From Flavobacteriales bacterium (GTDB lineage: Bacteria; Bacteroidota; Bacteroidia; Flavobacteriales_F; PHOS-HE28): a DNA stretch of 64,000 nucleotides. The stretch lies in NCBI GenBank assembly GCA_016721825.1, contig JADKHI010000001.1, positions 1,294,808-1,358,807 of the forward strand. Direction: 5' to 3'. How positions within the stretch are numbered: the stretch's first letter is position 1; each line of letters starts with the position of its first letter. Shown piece after piece: positions 61,453 through 64,000 of the stretch. The notes under the pieces were generated by a model. The model ran no database searches. It saw only the letters and a program-made list of their open reading frames with translations, and was not told where the DNA came from. The position numbers and the translations under genes are program-made.

Positions 61453-64000
61453 GCGTGCAGTACGGTTTCGTCGTTCGTTTCCGTACCGACAGCTGGTTCC
61501 TCTTTGCGCTCACGGCTCATGTAGCTGTACAATGCGGGTACCACGTAAAGTGTCAGCAACAAGGCGAACATCAGCCCGCCGATGATGGCGATGCCCATAG
61601 GCACACGGCTCTTCGCCGCAGCACCCAGACCCAACGCGATGGGCAATGCGCCCAAGACGGTGGCGAGGCTCGTCATCAGGATCGGACGGAAACGCTTTCC
61701 GGCAGCATCCACCACAGCATCCATCTTCTTCAGCCCTTGCTCCTTGCGCTGATTGGCGAACTCCACGATCAGGATCCCGTTCTTGGTGACAAGACCCACA
61801 AGCACGATGATCCCGATCTGACTGAAGATGTTGAGCGTGTGACCACCGACCCACAAGCTGAACAAGGCGCCTGCCAAGGCAAGGGGCACGGTGAACATCA
61901 CAACGAGTGGATCGACGAAGCTCTCGAACTGTGCTGCGAGGATCAGGAAGATCAACACAAGTGCCAGCAGGAAAGCGAACATCAAGCTGCTACCGCTCTC
62001 GGCGAACTCCTTGCTGACCCCGGCCAGCGATGTGCTGAACGAATCATCGAGCACCTCCTTCGAGATCCGGTCCATGGCTGCGATACCGTCTCCGATCGTG
62101 AAGCCTTCAGCAGGATCTGCACTGACGGTGGCGCTCACGTAGCGGTTGTACCGGAAGAGCTGCGGAGGGGTGCTGCGGTCACTCAAACGGACCAGGTTGT
62201 CCAACTGGATCAGCTCACCCTTGTCGTTCCGGACATACGCGCTCTTCAGATCGATGGGGGCATCCCGGTTGTCCCGCGTGGCCTGCCCGATCACCTGGTA
62301 CTGCTTGCCCCCCATGATGAAGTAGCCATAGCGCTGTCCGCTGAAGTAGAGCTGCAGGGTCTCAGCGATGTCCTGCATGCTCACGCCCATCGCACGGGCA
62401 CGGTCGCGGTCGATCTCCACGTTCAGCTCTGGCTTGTTGAACTTCAGGTTGAGGTCCACGACGCGGAAGGTCTTGTCCGCAGAAGCCTTTTCCATGAACT
62501 TCGGAATGATGGCACGCAGACGCTCGAAGTCGGGTGCCTGGATCACGTACTGCACGGGTAGGGTCACGAAGCGACTTCCACCGATGGTAGGTTCCTGGAT
62601 CACGAAGCTCTTCGCCAGGTTGAAGCGCTGCACCTTTCCCATCACGCTCTTCGCCAGCTCATCCTGCGTCTTGTTGCGTTGATCCGGCTGAACAAGCGTC
62701 ACGCGGACGAAGCCGGTGTTGGTCGCGCTGGCGGTTCCGAATCCAGGGGCCGTAACACTGATCAATGATTGCCGCTCAGGCATGGTGTCCACCACCTCGA
62801 TGATGTTGGCGAGGTAGGCGTTCATCAGTTCGAAGCTCGTGCCTTCGGGCGCCGTGCTCTGAACCATGAAGCGGCTCTTGTCCTCGTTCGGTGCCAGCTC
62901 GCTTGGGATGTTAAGCCATCGCCGACGGAGGAAGGCCGAAAGCGAACGTTCATAGCCGTTGCCCAGGCGCGTGAAGAAGCGTTCGGTGACCTCGAAGAAG
63001 CGGCTCTGCTTCGTCTTGTGCTTCAACAGACGTGCGCTCATCATCGGCGTGAGCGTGAGCGAGACAACGGCACTGATCAGCACCGAGCCCGCCACGACGA
63101 TACCGAACTCGCGGAACAGGCGACCGGTCAAGCCGCTCAAGAAGATCACCGGTAAGAAGACCGCTGCAAGCGTAACTGTGGTACTGATGATCGCGAAGGT
63201 GATCTCCTTCGAACCTTCGTGGCCGGCCTTCATGGGATCCATGCCACCTTCGATCTTGGCGTAGATGTTCTCCAGCACCACGATCGCATCGTCCACCACG
63301 ATCCCCGTGGCCAGCACAATGGCGAGCAGCGTAAGGATGTTGATGCTGAAGCCCGCGATGTACATGATGAAGAAGGCACCGATCAAGGAGATGGGTATCG
63401 CGAGCACAGGGATCAGTGTGGTACGCCAGTCACGCAGAAAGAGGAAGATGATGAGCACCACCAGTCCAAAGGCGATGAGGATGGTCTCCTCCACTTCACT
63501 GATGGCCGAGCGGATGCCGATGGTGGTGTCGAGCGCCACATTGTACCGCAGGTCGGAGGGCAGGTCCTTCTTGATCTGTTCGACACGCTTGTAGAACTCA
63601 TCCGCGATGGCCACGTAGTTGCTGCCGGGCTGTGGGGTGATGGCCACCGCCACCTGCGGCACTCCTCCGTTACCGCGCAGCAGCGAACGCTCGTTCTCCG
63701 GCTTCAGTTCGGCGATGCCAATGTCCCGCAGCTTTACAACGGGTCCGCCATCGTCGCGGAGAATGAGGTCGTTGAAGTCCTCTTCAGTGGTCAGTCGGCC
63801 CAGCGTGCGGATGCTCAACTCGGTATTGAAGCCCTCGATGCGGCCGCTGGGAAGCTCGACGTTCTCCCGGGCCAACGCGTTGCGCACATCCACCGGCGTG
63901 ATGTTGAAGCCGGCCATCCGCAAGGGGTCGAGCTGCAGCTTCATGCTGTACTTCTTCTCGCCCCACACGTTGATCGCGCTCACCCCCGGGATCGTCTGGA
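61449..64000 (-). CDS. RND family efflux transporter permease (AcrB-like); 5' end outside the window
   Basis: Conserved blocks: GIVVDDAIVVLENI, LTGRLFREFG, AQFESFVDPLVVMFTVPLA, GLVTKNGILIVEF, RFRPILMTSLATVLGALP. The ORF continues past 64000. There is no hydrophobic TM7 between RRRWL and NIPSELAPNED. Confidence 0.85.
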   Translation of the reverse strand, partial: QTIPGVSAINVWGEKKYSMKLQLDPLRMAGFNITPVDVRNALARENVELPSGRIEGFNTELSIRTLGRLTTEEDFNDLILRDDGGPVVKLRDIGIAELKPENERSLLRGNGGVPQVAVAITPQPGSNYVAIADEFYKRVEQIKKDLPSDLRYNVALDTTIGIRSAISEVEETILIAFGLVVLIIFLFLRDWRTTLIPVLAIPISLIGAFFIMYIAGFSINILTLLAIVLATGIVVDDAIVVLENIYAKIEGGMDPMKAGHEGSKEITFAIISTTVTLAAVFLPVIFLSGLTGRLFREFGIVVAGSVLISAVVSLTLTPMMSARLLKHKTKQSRFFEVTERFFTRLGNGYERSLSAFLRRRWLNIPSELAPNEDKSRFMVQSTAPEGTSFELMNAYLANIIEVVDTMPERQSLISVTAPGFGTASATNTGFVRVTLVQPDQRNKTQDELAKSVMGKVQRFNLAKSFVIQEPTIGGSRFVTLPVQYVIQAPDFERLRAIIPKFMEKASADKTFRVVDLNLKFNKPELNVEIDRDRARAMGVSMQDIAETLQLYFSGQRYGYFIMGGKQYQVIGQATRDNRDAPIDLKSAYVRNDKGELIQLDNLVRLSDRSTPPQLFRYNRYVSATVSADPAEGFTIGDGIAAMDRISKEVLDDSFSTSLAGVSKEFAESGSSLMFAFLLALVLIFLILAAQFESFVDPLVVMFTVPLALAGALFSLWVGGHTLNIFSQIGIIVLVGLVTKNGILIVEFANQRKEQGLKKMDAVVDAAGKRFRPILMTSLATVLGALPIALGLGAAAKSRVPMGIAIIGGLMFALLLTLYVVPALYSYMSRERKEEPAVGTETNDETVLHA

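Overview
GC-rich Bacteroidota-type chromosome segment, probably Flavobacteriia-like, judged from the many T9SS sorting domains, PorP/SprF genes, the long-form IspG and TTG/TAnnTTTG-type promoters. I support about 46 protein-coding genes and one tRNA-Arg(CCT). I saw no rRNA, CRISPR array, integrase or transposase. The left 14 kb holds gliding/adhesin-type T9SS type-B cargo: a partial repeat adhesin missing from the ORF track, then a roughly 3120-aa SprB-repeat protein and a small CHU_C protein, each followed by its own PorP/SprF gene. Bases 15.8-23.8 kb carry five consecutive T9SS type-A cargo genes, including an S8 peptidase. The rest is mostly housekeeping (metG, ldcA, yraN, rluB-like, asmA-like, histidine kinase, hemW, ispG, M23 peptidase, TolC plus an RND pump). 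It is interrupted by a compositionally mixed accessory stretch at 30.2-36 kb and three tandem T9SS paralogs at 36-39.2 kb. The most unusual signal is non-genic: an oriented mosaic intergenic repeat family built from a few oligo-repeat modules. It occurs at ten or more loci and in both orientations. Related sequence sits in frame inside ldcA and metG, and as inverted ends around a four-helix-bundle gene cassette. Other points: an AT-rich lipoprotein cassette bounded by perfect 16-bp inverted repeats, a 21/42-nt minisatellite open in four frames, a frameshifted HTH regulator, and an RND permease that appears to lack TM7. All calls come from reading the sequence and translations by eye; no database search was run.
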